From NCBI GenBank assembly GCA_963806035.1, contig CAWDWO010000017.1, forward strand, positions 1-19,866: 19,866 nt of DNA, in the 5' to 3' direction. Under the pieces are notes generated by a model. That model searched no databases, had not been told where the DNA came from, and saw only the letters and a list, made by a program, of their open reading frames with translations. Source of the DNA: Candidatus Krumholzibacteriota bacterium (lineage in GTDB: Bacteria; Krumholzibacteriota; Krumholzibacteriia; JAJRXK01). The translations under genes and the position numbers were made by a program. Positions 9,706 through 19,600 of the stretch are shown here, piece by piece; within the stretch, counting starts at the first letter, position 1; the number at the start of each line of letters is the position of its first letter.

Positions 9706-9734
9706 AATCGCATTCTTCCACTCCCGCCGCCGGC

Positions 9735-10124
9735 TCAGGGAAAGCGCAGAAGAGGCCGCAGACGGGCCAGGGTGCGCTCGCCGACTCCTTTTACCGCCAA
9801 GAGTTCCTCCGGGCGTTCAAAGCCGCCGAGGGAGTCCCTGAGGGCAACGATGCGGCCGGCGATCACCGGTCCCACCCGGGGCAGAGCGGTGAGTTCGAAT
9901 TCGGTTGCCCGATTAATGTCCAGGGGAGAGCTGGGAGTGACCAGGGGTGGACCAGAGTCGGGCGCGGCGGTCGCCACGCTCTCCTGCTCCGTCTGTACGG
10001 TCTTCGCGCCGAAGGGATGAACGATGGGATCTTCACGAAGCCAGGCCGGAGGCCTGCGCGAGAGAATCTGTCCCCCCCATCCGATGAGAAAGAGGAGGAT
10101 CAGGATCGCCGCCTGTCGCCACAC
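9735..10124 (-). CDS. comEA: ComEA-family helix-hairpin-helix DNA-binding protein
   Basis: Hydrophobic N-terminus, Pro/Ala/Thr linker, then LDINRATEFELTALPRVGPVIAGRIV...GGFERPEELLAVKGVGERTLARL, the typical ComEA double HhH domain. Confidence 0.9.
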   Translation of the reverse strand: MWRQAAILILLFLIGWGGQILSRRPPAWLREDPIVHPFGAKTVQTEQESVATAAPDSGPPLVTPSSPLDINRATEFELTALPRVGPVIAGRIVALRDSLGGFERPEELLAVKGVGERTLARLRPLLRFP

Positions 10125-10156
10125 GAATGAGCTACCTCAATGGGAGGCGCACAAAT

Positions 10157-12085
10157 TCAATTCCAGAATGGCCAGACCAAACCCCAGAGGAAATCCCGGC
10201 CGCGTCTGCGCGTTCCGGTGACTTCGACCAGTTCGTTGTCGCTCAGGTTGTCGATCTCCAGGTAGAGCTCCGCGTCCCTGAGCTTGACGGCCAGGCGAAG
10301 GTCTTGCCGGGTCGTCGGCGGTACGAATTCACCCTGGCCGCTGAAGGGCGCGAGTAAATCGTCGTAGTGATCGCCGCTATAAACGACTCGATAGAGGATG
10401 CGCGCCTGGTCGTAGGAGCTCAAGAGATCGTGCCACCAGCGAAGCGTGAAGTAAGCGCCCCTCTTCGGCCACCCCGCCCCGCGACTTTCGTCCAGCGGCA
10501 ACTCCCCCAAGACCGCGTGTGCATTCGCCTCCAGCATGAGTCCGTGATGAGTCGAACCCACTTGGAGAGAGGTGGCCAGAGTGAGCTGGTCGAGGGAATA
10601 CTCCAGTCCTCCCACGGTGTGGGCGATGCCGTCCACCGCCGCCTTCTGCTCAGGGCTCCAGCCGATCCCGTCGCGCAGCCACCAGCGTTCCAATCCCAGA
10701 ACGAATCGACCGCTTCCAATTCTTCTGCCCAGTTCTCCCCGCAATCGATCGTGAATCTCAAAGGGCAGCTGACCCGCGCCGATTCTCCGTAGCACGAATC
10801 CTCCTGGCATGTCCTGCGAGGAACGGCCCGCGGTCTCGAAGAGGGTCGGAGTGCGCAGCTGGCGTGCGGTGAGTGCCCCCAACCAGAACTTCGAGCCCAC
10901 CGCGTACTGGAGGTGCGCGAGGCCGCAGAGTCCCCAAGGGGTATCCGCTTGTTCCGCGTAGGCCACTGCGCTGGAGAGTTCTCCGGAGAACCTGGCTTGG
11001 TCGTCGAAACGCCACCCCGCACGCACCCGTCCCACCATGGCGGGGGCCGGGAAGGAATTTCCCAGCGATTGACGAAAGCGCGCGGCCCAACGTTCCGCGC
11101 TCGCTTCCAGGAGGAACCCGGTCCGGATGGGATCGTAGGCCACGCGCAGACCGAGACGCGAGGCATCGCGCTCATCTTGGTGCAAGCCGTCGTCGTCGTG
11201 CCAGTCGAGGTGGTACATGCGGACACGGAGCTTGTGGTGCTCGTCCTGCCGATCCAGGCCGGTCCACAGCTGTCCCGTCCAGCGTTCGACGCTTCCCGCG
11301 CGCAGCACGCTCCCGTCGTAATATCTGCGCCCTCGGCCGAAGCCAAAACTCCAACGTCCCAATTCCGTCTCGATCTGGCTGGAGAGTAGGAAGCGGCGCA
11401 TCTTCGCCCGGCCGTAACCGGGAGAAAGGGTGCGATTCGGATCGAGGCTGAAGTCGTAGCCCAGGTCGGTCTTCCATTCCTCGTAGTCCAGGCGCAGCAC
11501 CTTGGGCGCGCGCGGTGTGGTGAGGGAGATCCCTCTCAAGTAGCTCTCGTGTTGGGCCTTGTGAAAGTGAGTTCGCGCCAGGGTGCGCCCCCAAACCGCC
11601 GGGTCGCGTTCCAGGAGCATGGCACTCCCTCCCAGGGCCTGGGCCCCTTCCGAGACGCGCCGGTCCGCATAACCAATCCCGGTGGCGGAGATGTCCCACA
11701 CTCCCGAATCCAGATCGCCCGGGCTGTGGGTGGGCACGCCGTCCTCCAGGATCTCCACGCTTCCCCCATCGACGGGCGAGAGGTCGAGATAGGCGGGAAA
11801 CCCGCGGTCACCCGCCACGCGGAGCGAGGCGCCGGGGAGGGCCTCGAAGAGATCGTCCGCCCCTCTGGCCCGCAGGGCTTCCATGTTTTTCTCAGCGAGG
11901 GCGGCGTGCGCCGCCCACGGGGGCAAGAGTGGACCGGGATCCTCGGCCTTCTTCACCCGCGCGCTGTCGGCTGGGGCTTTCCCCTCGGGCGCGGACGGCT
12001 GTGAGCTCACCGCGGGGGCAGACGTCTGCGCGCTCGCCGCGGGGGCGATGCATAGATATAGGATGACGAGAGTGAGCCGAATCAC
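10157..12085 (-). CDS. Exported outer-membrane beta-barrel protein with a TonB-dependent-receptor-like plug
   Basis: Signal peptide ending ASA/Q; plug-like DLFEALPGASLRVAGDRGFPAYL...VEILEDGVP; Trp/Tyr/Gly-rich alternating segments; C-terminal LYLEIDNLSD...GRDFLWGLVWPFWN resembling the last strands of TBDRs. Confidence 0.7.
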   Translation of the reverse strand: MIRLTLVILYLCIAPAASAQTSAPAVSSQPSAPEGKAPADSARVKKAEDPGPLLPPWAAHAALAEKNMEALRARGADDLFEALPGASLRVAGDRGFPAYLDLSPVDGGSVEILEDGVPTHSPGDLDSGVWDISATGIGYADRRVSEGAQALGGSAMLLERDPAVWGRTLARTHFHKAQHESYLRGISLTTPRAPKVLRLDYEEWKTDLGYDFSLDPNRTLSPGYGRAKMRRFLLSSQIETELGRWSFGFGRGRRYYDGSVLRAGSVERWTGQLWTGLDRQDEHHKLRVRMYHLDWHDDDGLHQDERDASRLGLRVAYDPIRTGFLLEASAERWAARFRQSLGNSFPAPAMVGRVRAGWRFDDQARFSGELSSAVAYAEQADTPWGLCGLAHLQYAVGSKFWLGALTARQLRTPTLFETAGRSSQDMPGGFVLRRIGAGQLPFEIHDRLRGELGRRIGSGRFVLGLERWWLRDGIGWSPEQKAAVDGIAHTVGGLEYSLDQLTLATSLQVGSTHHGLMLEANAHAVLGELPLDESRGAGWPKRGAYFTLRWWHDLLSSYDQARILYRVVYSGDHYDDLLAPFSGQGEFVPPTTRQDLRLAVKLRDAELYLEIDNLSDNELVEVTGTRRRGRDFLWGLVWPFWN

Positions 12086-12269
12086 GGCGTTCGTCCGGGA
12101 AGCGGGTCAGAGGCGGACAGTGGAACTGGGTCTCATGGGTCGGGCCCATGTAAGCACGCCTCGTTGAGAGGAGCAACCCCGAAGCGGGAGTCCGAGTTCC
12201 GACCGATCGGCTGAAAAATGGCAGGGAGGCGGCAGTCGCGGCCAGGGAGGCGATCCGGGAGCGGGCTCT

Positions 12270-13628
12270 TCAGTGGCGGGAGCGCAGCGACTCGAGACGT
12301 TCCTGTGCGTCCAGGAAATCCTCGTCCACGTGCAAAACACGTTCGAAGTATTCGACACTCTCCTCGAGTCGATCCAGTGATTCGAGACAGACCGCGTACT
12401 CGTAGAGGATCCCCAGCGAGTTTCTCGGCTCGGTGTCCTTCAGGGCAATGCCGCGCTCGTAAACCGCCAAGGCCTCCTCGGCGCGCCCTAACTTGCGCAG
12501 ACAGTTTCCCTGCATTTCCAGAGCCTTGAGTTGGGTCTTCTCGCCCTGGGCCGCCTGCTCGAAGGAAGGCAGGGCCTGCTCGAACATGCCCATGTCCATG
12601 TACACCAGACCCAGTTCATAGTGCCCCTGATGGTCGTGGGGCTGAACCTCTCCGCCGATCTGTCCCTCCAGATCCTGTCGAATACTGTCCATCTGGTTCT
12701 TCTCAGCGGCCGCGAGATCCAGATCGCCATCGGCGAGGATCTCCTCGAGCAGGTTGACGCCCTCCATCGCGAGATTCTGATCGTCCGGGGCAGAGTCAGC
12801 CTTCGCTTCACCGCTTGGAGGATCGATCTTCGAACTCTCTCCCGGACGATCGAAATCGAGTTGGAAACTGAATTCGCCCGAGTCGTCCTGAAGTCCGCCA
12901 CTCTCCTCGTCGATCTCGATGACTTTCGAATCGTCCGGAATCTCGATCTCCCGCACGGCCCCACCATCGGAATCGCCGTCTTGGGAAGACGCCTCGAAAT
13001 ACTCCGCGTATTCCGGGATACTGGAAAGCTCGTCGGTCATGGAGCGCGCGCGCTCGAGATAGCGGGCGACGATGTCGCTTTCACCGGATTCCTGTGCCAG
13101 CTTCGCCTTGCACACGTAGACGCGCGCCCGTTCGACCGGACGTTCCCATTTTTCGTAGAGTTGATCGAGCTTCCCCAGGATGTCGAGATCGCTGGAGGCC
13201 ACGTCGAGCAACATGGCGCAGCGGTCGAGGAAGCGTTCCCGCGACTGGTCGCTCACTTCTTCGTAACAGTCGAGGAAATGCAGATAGTAGCTGCCGGCCT
13301 CCGCGCCCAGGCCCTGCTTGCGGCGCGTCTCGCCCAGCATCCAATAGCTATCCATGTTCTGGGGATCGTAGCGCAGGATTTTCTTCAGGACCGCGACCGC
13401 GTTGTTGTTCAGTCCCACCGCGTTGTAGAGTTCGACGGCCTTGTTGTAGTGAACGATGGCCTGGGGGACGTCGCCCATCTTGGCGAAAACGTCCCCAAGC
13501 TCGTTCCGATAGCCCGCATTGCTGCCCTCGAGATCGCAGATCCGTTCGTAGAGCTTCACTGCGCTGTCCCAGTCCCGGGTACGGCTCGCTTCTGTGGCCT
13601 TACGCCTGAGATCGGTGATCTTGCTCAC
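12270..13628 (-). CDS. Tetratricopeptide-repeat protein (N-terminal TPRs, acidic linker, C-terminal TPRs), SgmX-like architecture
   Basis: Likely start GTG at 13628 after GGGAGG (ORF track overextends to 13841). TPR helices YRNELGDVFAKMGDVPQAIVHYNKA, HYELGLVYMDMGMFEQALPSFEQA, LYEYAVCLESLDRLEESVEYFERV; Asp/Glu-rich middle. Confidence 0.85.
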   Translation of the reverse strand: MSKITDLRRKATEASRTRDWDSAVKLYERICDLEGSNAGYRNELGDVFAKMGDVPQAIVHYNKAVELYNAVGLNNNAVAVLKKILRYDPQNMDSYWMLGETRRKQGLGAEAGSYYLHFLDCYEEVSDQSRERFLDRCAMLLDVASSDLDILGKLDQLYEKWERPVERARVYVCKAKLAQESGESDIVARYLERARSMTDELSSIPEYAEYFEASSQDGDSDGGAVREIEIPDDSKVIEIDEESGGLQDDSGEFSFQLDFDRPGESSKIDPPSGEAKADSAPDDQNLAMEGVNLLEEILADGDLDLAAAEKNQMDSIRQDLEGQIGGEVQPHDHQGHYELGLVYMDMGMFEQALPSFEQAAQGEKTQLKALEMQGNCLRKLGRAEEALAVYERGIALKDTEPRNSLGILYEYAVCLESLDRLEESVEYFERVLHVDEDFLDAQERLESLRSRH

Positions 13629-13806
13629 ACATCCTCCCGAGAGACGAGGACCCGATTTCGGTCGAGCTGTCGATGCCGGGAAGAGTCCATGAAACAGCGA
13701 TCCCTTGCCAAGTTCTTGCGATCTGCGCGAATGCCCGCCCATAGCGCGGGCTCCCTGCAAGCGTGAGAGCGCCACGCGCCGGGAAAATGGCACTTTGAGC
13801 GGGAGT

Positions 13807-13852
13807 CCAAGGCTCCCTGGACCCCGAAACCGGTATCCCAAGGAGCCCTTAG
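13807..13852 (-). terminator. Long imperfect stem-loop downstream of hutI
   Basis: Minus strand AAGGGCTCCTTGG...CCAGGGAGCCTT with inner pairing, about 45 nt after the hutI stop; no clear U tract. Confidence 0.45.
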
Positions 13853-13895
13853 CAAGTCCTTGACCATCCAGAGGAAAGAGAGCCTCGAGTCCGCT

Positions 13896-15173
13896 TCAGG
13901 AGACGATTCGGCCGTCCAGAACGACTGTGGCGACGGCGGCCCCCCCCAGGTGCTGCACCATCTCATCCAGCGAATCTGCCGCCAAAACCAACAGATCACA
14001 GTGTTTCGAGACCGCCAGACTCCCCACCGAGGCCGCCCGTCCCAGGCTCCAGGCCGCGTTGATCGTGGCCATGATGAGGCCCTCGTGGGGGTGCAAGTGC
14101 ATGCGGGTACAGGCGATGGTGAGGCTGAGCGGGATGGAGGAGCAGTAATTGGAGCCGGGATTGAAGTCGGTCGCCAGGGCCAGAGCCGCCCCTGCATCGA
14201 TCATTTCCCGGGCTGGTGCAAACTCATCCAGCCCCAGGCTGAAAATCGTGCCCGGGAGTAACACTCCCACCGTGCCACTCTGGGCCAGGGCCTGGATCCC
14301 CGCCTGGGAAATCGCGCCCAGGTGGTCCGCGCTGAGAGCGCCGATCTCGACCGCCAGCTCCGTGCCTCCGCCCGCTTCCAGCTCGTCGGCGTGGATGCAT
14401 GCCGCCAGTCCCAGACTCTGACCCTTCGTCAGGACCCGATGAGCTTGCGCGCGCGTGTACACCCCGGGCTCGCAGAAGACATCGACTCTCTCCGCCAGTT
14501 CTTGGCGAGCGACTTCGGGCAAAATCGTCTCGCAGACGAGTTCGAGGTAGTCCTCGCGCCGCTCGCGATATTCGTCGGGAAACTCGTGCGCCGCGAGGCA
14601 GGTGGCGACGAGCCGCGGGAGCCCCGCCTCGCCCTGTAGGGTGCGAACCACTCGCAGAGCCTTCAGCTCGGATTCGAGTTCCAGTCCGTAGCCGCTCTTG
14701 ACTTCCACCGTGGTGCTGCCGTTGTGCAGGCATTCCCGCAGTCTTGAGCGGGTCAGCGCGACGAGATCGTCCTCTTGGCGCTCTCGAAAATCGCGCACGC
14801 TCGCCCTGATTCCGCCTCCGCTCTCCGCGATGGACTGATAGCTCTCTCCGATGAGGCGCCGGCCGAACTCCTCCGGCCGTGCCTTTCCGAAAACGGCGTG
14901 GGTATGGGCATCGACGAAACCGGGGACCACCGCACGCCCCTGAGCATCGAGGCTCTCCGCGCCGGGCAGAATTTGAATCGCGGCGCGCACTTTCTTGGAG
15001 GGACCGACCGCCACGATCTCGCCCTGATAGGCCGCCACCGCCGCGTCCTCGATCAACCCGACGTCCTTCAAGGCCTCGCCACGCCGCGGCCCCTTGTCGT
15101 CCTCTGGCCCGTGGCAGGTGTAGAGACGCCCGATCCCATCCACCAGAAAATCTGCGAGCAGCTTCTTGCTCAC
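13896..15173 (-). CDS. hutI: Imidazolonepropionase
   Basis: PGFVDAHTH, GGGIRASVR, EVKSGYGL, DVFCE, HADE, SADHL, ATDFNPGS motifs; start GTG at 15173, one base after the hutU stop. Confidence 0.95.
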   Translation of the reverse strand: MSKKLLADFLVDGIGRLYTCHGPEDDKGPRRGEALKDVGLIEDAAVAAYQGEIVAVGPSKKVRAAIQILPGAESLDAQGRAVVPGFVDAHTHAVFGKARPEEFGRRLIGESYQSIAESGGGIRASVRDFRERQEDDLVALTRSRLRECLHNGSTTVEVKSGYGLELESELKALRVVRTLQGEAGLPRLVATCLAAHEFPDEYRERREDYLELVCETILPEVARQELAERVDVFCEPGVYTRAQAHRVLTKGQSLGLAACIHADELEAGGGTELAVEIGALSADHLGAISQAGIQALAQSGTVGVLLPGTIFSLGLDEFAPAREMIDAGAALALATDFNPGSNYCSSIPLSLTIACTRMHLHPHEGLIMATINAAWSLGRAASVGSLAVSKHCDLLVLAADSLDEMVQHLGGAAVATVVLDGRIVS

Positions 15174-15174
15174 G

Positions 15175-16848
15175 CTATCGACCGTCCTGCGGGGGAGGCA
15201 TGGGGAATGTGATGCCGGCCTCCTTGGCGAAGGAGGCCGCCCTCTCGTAGCCCGCATCGTAGTGCCGCGCCACCCCCATCAGCGGATCACTCGTCAAAAC
15301 CCGCTCGAGTCGCGCCGCCGCGGCCTGCGTGCCGTCGGCCACGATCACCTGTCCGGCATGAATCGCCAGGCCCATTCCCACACCGCCTCCATGATGGATA
15401 CTCACCCAGGAGGCGCCATTCACCGCGTTGATCAACGCGTTGAGAAGCGGCCAGTCCGCCACCGCGTCGCTGCCGTCCTTCATGGCTTCGGTTTCCCGGT
15501 AGGGAGAGGCAACGCTTCCGCTGTCGAGATGATCACGACCGATCACGATGGGAGCCTTCACCTTGCCCGTACGGACGAGCTCGTTGAATGCCAAGCCTGC
15601 GCGCGCTCTCTGACCGTATCCCAGCCAGCAAATGCGCGAGGGCAGGCCCTGAAACGCAACCTGCTTGGAAGCGAGTTCGATCCACCGCTTGAGGTGAGGT
15701 TCCTCTTCGCCGAAAAGCTCGACGATGACGCGATCCGTTTCGTGAATGTCATTGGCTTCGCCCGACAGCGCCACCCAACGGAAGGGGCCCTTGCCCTCAC
15801 AAAAGAGAGGCCGGATGTAGGCGGGAACGAATCCGGGATAGGAGAAGGCCTCGCTGAAACCGGCGTCCTTGGCCATGCCGCGCAGATTGTTCCCGTAATC
15901 GAAGACGATGCTGCCATTCTTCTGCAGCCCGACCATGGCTTCACAGTGCTCTCGCATCGAGCGCATGGCTTCTTGGCGATACCTCTCGACATCGCTCTTG
16001 CGAAGCGCCAAAGCCTCGGCGAGAGTCATCCGGTTGGGAATGTAACCTGCGGTGGGATCGTGGGCGGAGGTCTGATCGGTCACCACGTCCACCGCCTCGC
16101 CGCGCCGGAGAATTTCCGGCACCACGTCGGCGCAGTTGCCCAAGAGCGCCACCGAGTAAGGGCGTCCCTCCCCCGCGGCCACGCGGCAGCGCTGCAGCGC
16201 CACTTCGAGCTGGGTGGTGGAATCCATGACATAGCGCGTCTCGATCCGGCGGGAAATGCGTTGGGGGTCGACTTCCACGCAGAGCGCGACCCCGTTGTTC
16301 ATGGTCACCGCCAGAGGCTGGGCCCCTCCCATTCCGCCCAGACCGCCGGTGAGGACGATCTTGCCGCGCAGATCTTCCCAGCCTTCCGCGCGGGCCAGCG
16401 AGGCGAGTGTCTCGTAGGTGCCCTGAAGAATTCCCTGCGTGCCGATGTAGATCCAGGAACCGGCCGTCATCTGGCCGTACATCATGAGGCCCTTCTTGTC
16501 CAGCTCGTCGAAGTGCTCCCAAGTCGCCCAGCGCGGCACGAGATTCGAATTGGCGATGAGCACCCGCGGGGCATCGGGATGAGACCGGATCACGGCGACC
16601 GGCTTTCCGCTCTGCACGAGCAGGGTCTCATCCTCCTCCAGCTGCTCCAGTTCGTGCAGAATGGCGTCGAAGGACTGCCAGTTGCGCGCTGCCTTGCCGC
16701 GTCCTCCGTAGACGACCAGTTCGCCGGGAATCTCCGCGACCTCGGGATCGAGATTGTGCTGGATCATCCGCCACGCCGCTTCCTGAACCCAACCCTTGCA
16801 GTGCAGCTTCGTCCCGCGCGGCGCGTGAACCTCTTTTCGATCAGCCAT
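15175..16848 (-). CDS. hutU: Urocanate hydratase
   Basis: [91 protein letters not shown]; 557 aa. Confidence 0.98.
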   Translation of the reverse strand: MADRKEVHAPRGTKLHCKGWVQEAAWRMIQHNLDPEVAEIPGELVVYGGRGKAARNWQSFDAILHELEQLEEDETLLVQSGKPVAVIRSHPDAPRVLIANSNLVPRWATWEHFDELDKKGLMMYGQMTAGSWIYIGTQGILQGTYETLASLARAEGWEDLRGKIVLTGGLGGMGGAQPLAVTMNNGVALCVEVDPQRISRRIETRYVMDSTTQLEVALQRCRVAAGEGRPYSVALLGNCADVVPEILRRGEAVDVVTDQTSAHDPTAGYIPNRMTLAEALALRKSDVERYRQEAMRSMREHCEAMVGLQKNGSIVFDYGNNLRGMAKDAGFSEAFSYPGFVPAYIRPLFCEGKGPFRWVALSGEANDIHETDRVIVELFGEEEPHLKRWIELASKQVAFQGLPSRICWLGYGQRARAGLAFNELVRTGKVKAPIVIGRDHLDSGSVASPYRETEAMKDGSDAVADWPLLNALINAVNGASWVSIHHGGGVGMGLAIHAGQVIVADGTQAAAARLERVLTSDPLMGVARHYDAGYERAASFAKEAGITFPMPPPQDGR

Positions 16849-16931
16849 GGATCCTCACTTTCTCTTGCACTTCCGGCTCAAGCATAGGACTCGAGAAGAT
16901 TCGCAGCCAATCGACAAGATACCGGATCGGC

Positions 16932-19600
16932 TCATGGTTTCGAGAGAAATTCGACGACTCGCTGCGCCATTTCGGCGCGGCTGGGAACCCACTCGCACGA
17001 ACGCGGCATCGACTGCAAGAAAGTGACGCCATAGCTCCGCTCCTGTAGCCGCTTGTCCAAGAGAAGGACGACTCCACGGTCCTCGCGCGTGCGGAGCAGG
17101 CGCCCCACGCCCTGCTTGAGCCGCAGGACCGCGTCGTTCAAGGAAACGTCGAGGAAAGGATCCCGGCCCAGCCTCTTCGCGCGGTCGAATCGTCCCTGGG
17201 TTAGAGGTTCGGTAGGAACGGCGAAGGGCAGACGTGGGACCACGAGGACTTCGAGCTGCCGCCCCGGAAAGTCCACCCCTTCCCAGAAGGATCCGGTGGC
17301 GAGCAGAATCGCGGCGGACGCGTCCCGAAATTCGGCCACCAATCGCTCGCGACCACCGCCAGGTGTCTGGCGCAATAGACGCGTGTGCGCGCGGCCGCTC
17401 TCCGCGCTGAAGAGTCCGTCTTCCAGCGAAAACACCGGCCGCAGGATTTCGTAGACCTCGTCGATGAGCTGGTAGCTGGTGGACAGCATGAGTGTCTTCG
17501 TCGCGACACGAGTGCCGATCTGCTGCAGGAGTTCGGCCACGATCTCGGCAAATCCCTCCTCCTTGGGATCCACCAGCTCCGGGGTGGTCAGGACGAGCGC
17601 CTGTTCCTCGAACTCAAAGGGCGAAGGAATGAGCAGACTATCGGTATAGCGGGACACTTTGGAAAAACCCACGCTCTCGGCGAAAGGAGTGAAATCCTCT
17701 CCCACCGCAAGGGTCGCGCTCGTCATGACCACCGAGCGGTAGTGAGTGTCCCAGAGTTGCGCGAGGGGCTCCTCCACCGTGAGTGGAGCCGCCACGATCG
17801 CGGCCAGACCTCTGCTCCCTCCCCACTCGAACCAGTAGACCCAGTCCTCGTCGGAAGCCTCGAGACAAAACCTTATGCCCGCGCACAGATCGGAATGGAA
17901 CGAGAGCAAGGAGACGAGAGCTTCGCGGTCATCCTGCATCTCCGGCAGAAGCTCCGCGAGATCCCCGCTCGCGTCGAGAACCTTGGCCAGATCCTGGTGC
18001 AACTCTTCGGCGCGCGTCAAAAGGACCTCGGTCTCGGCCCGCACCGCGCCAAAGGCCTCGTCTCCGTCGTGGTAGCGATGCCGTCCCGCGCGCGCGCTCC
18101 CTTCGCTCAAACGCGAACGGCACGATTCCTCGACCGCATCGAACCAGCGGTGGTAAGCGTTCCACCAAGAGTCCAGCGAAGAATCGAGAGAGCGCGTGCA
18201 CTCGCGCAGCCGGTCCCCTCCGGGCTTCTCTCCCACGATCTTCAGGATCTCCTCCAGGACCTCCCTCAGTCCTCCGTGGTTTTCTCCCGGAGAGATTCTT
18301 GTACACCTCCAGGCGGTCCCGCTTGATCCAGTGGCTCAGTGCATTCGTGGCCACCGGAGGAAGTTCGTGAGCCTCGTCCACGATCAAGAGCCGCGAGGGT
18401 CCCAAAAGTCCCTGGGCACTCCGCAAGTCCATCATGAGCAGCGAATGGTTCACGATTACGACCGGCGCTTCACGCGCGCTGCGGCGGGCGGCGACCACGA
18501 AACAGAGAGGATCCTTGAGACAGATGTGAGGCGAGCACGGTTCCACCGACTCGAAGAGCGCGAGCCAATGATCCTCGAAGAAGGGGTGGTCGCTGAGTTC
18601 CTCGCGCCGGCCGTCGCGGCTCTGAAAACGCCAGCAGAAAATCGCGAGCTGGGCGAGCGCTTCGGCGCGGCTCTCGGGCCGATGCAGCATGGCCCGCCTG
18701 AACTGTCGCGCGCAGAGATAATTGTTTCGTCCCAGAAGCAGCCTTGCCTGCGCGGGATATCCGAAACGCTCCAGAACGGGCAGATCGCCCTCGATCAATT
18801 GGTGCTGGAGAGCCTTGGTGTAGGTGGAGATCACGACTCGCTCGTCCTCGCGCGCGCCGTGCAACAGGGCGGGCACCAGGTAGGCCAGTGACTTGCCGAT
18901 GCCGGTCCCCGCCTCGATCATGAGATGCTCGTCCCGTGCGAGCACGTGCTCCATCTTCAAAGCCATGTCCAATTGGCCCGCGCGCGCCTCGAATCCCTCG
19001 CCGAGAATCTGCGCCAACCCGCCGTTCTCCCCAGAATCTCCTCCACTCCACGGGCTCGCCAAGCCTGCCAGGCCTCCTCATCGGCTTTGGGCGCTTTGGG
19101 CACCGGAGCGAAGAAAATCCCCGGAAAGATCTCGGATACCGGACGCCCCAGATGAGTTCCCACCTGGAGCGAGACAGCAGGGGCCTCCAGCGCCAGGAAC
19201 TCGGCCACGATCGGCGCGAGTTGTTCGAGGCTTCGCTTCAGGTAGTGCCGGTGCGGCGAATCGAGCGAATGCCACCAAGCTTGCAGTGCCAGGAGCAGGT
19301 CAGCCCAGCCACACAGGCTCTGCTCGAGGTCGACGCGGTTGTCGATCGCCCTCGTCTTCTTCAATTCTTGGTCGACGGTGGAAATTGCCGCGGGCCAGAA
19401 GCCAAGAGGAGTTCCTGCAGGCCGATCGAGTCTCCGTCTGGCGTACTCTCGTCCAGCGAGAGTAGCGTCAGCTCCTCCGGTACCCTTTCATCCTCGCCCT
19501 GGAGAAACAGCGTATCGCGCTCCGCAGCGAGAGGCCGAACGACCCGCACTTCCGGATGGCGGTGCACGCGGCACGAAAGCGCGAAACTACGCTTCTTCAT
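16932..19600 (-). CDS. dinG: DinG/YoaA-family ATP-dependent Fe-S DNA helicase, broken by frameshifts near 18290, 19030 and probably 19395
   Basis: Motif [22 protein letters not shown], Fe-S cysteines NYLC...[13 protein letters not shown] and DEAH in ORF 17929..19062; [36 protein letters not shown] in ORF 16932..18236. Including the two upstream fragments (18957..19364, 19361..19600) is inferred. Confidence 0.8.

Noticed and set aside
9483..9734. c-di-GMP riboswitch or an 80-aa ORF (9427..9669) in the pilB leader
   Set aside because: No GEMM consensus seen; the ORF overlaps pilB out of frame and has no recognisable features.
12086..12269. Cobalamin riboswitch upstream of the TBDR-like gene
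   Set aside because: Only a CCACTGT fragment matches; the GGGAA and B12-box elements are not evident. An Rfam/Infernal scan would settle it.
13629..13841. N-terminal extension of the TPR ORF
   Set aside because: Low-complexity Arg/Gly/Ser sequence overlapping a hairpin; the GGGAGG RBS supports GTG 13628.
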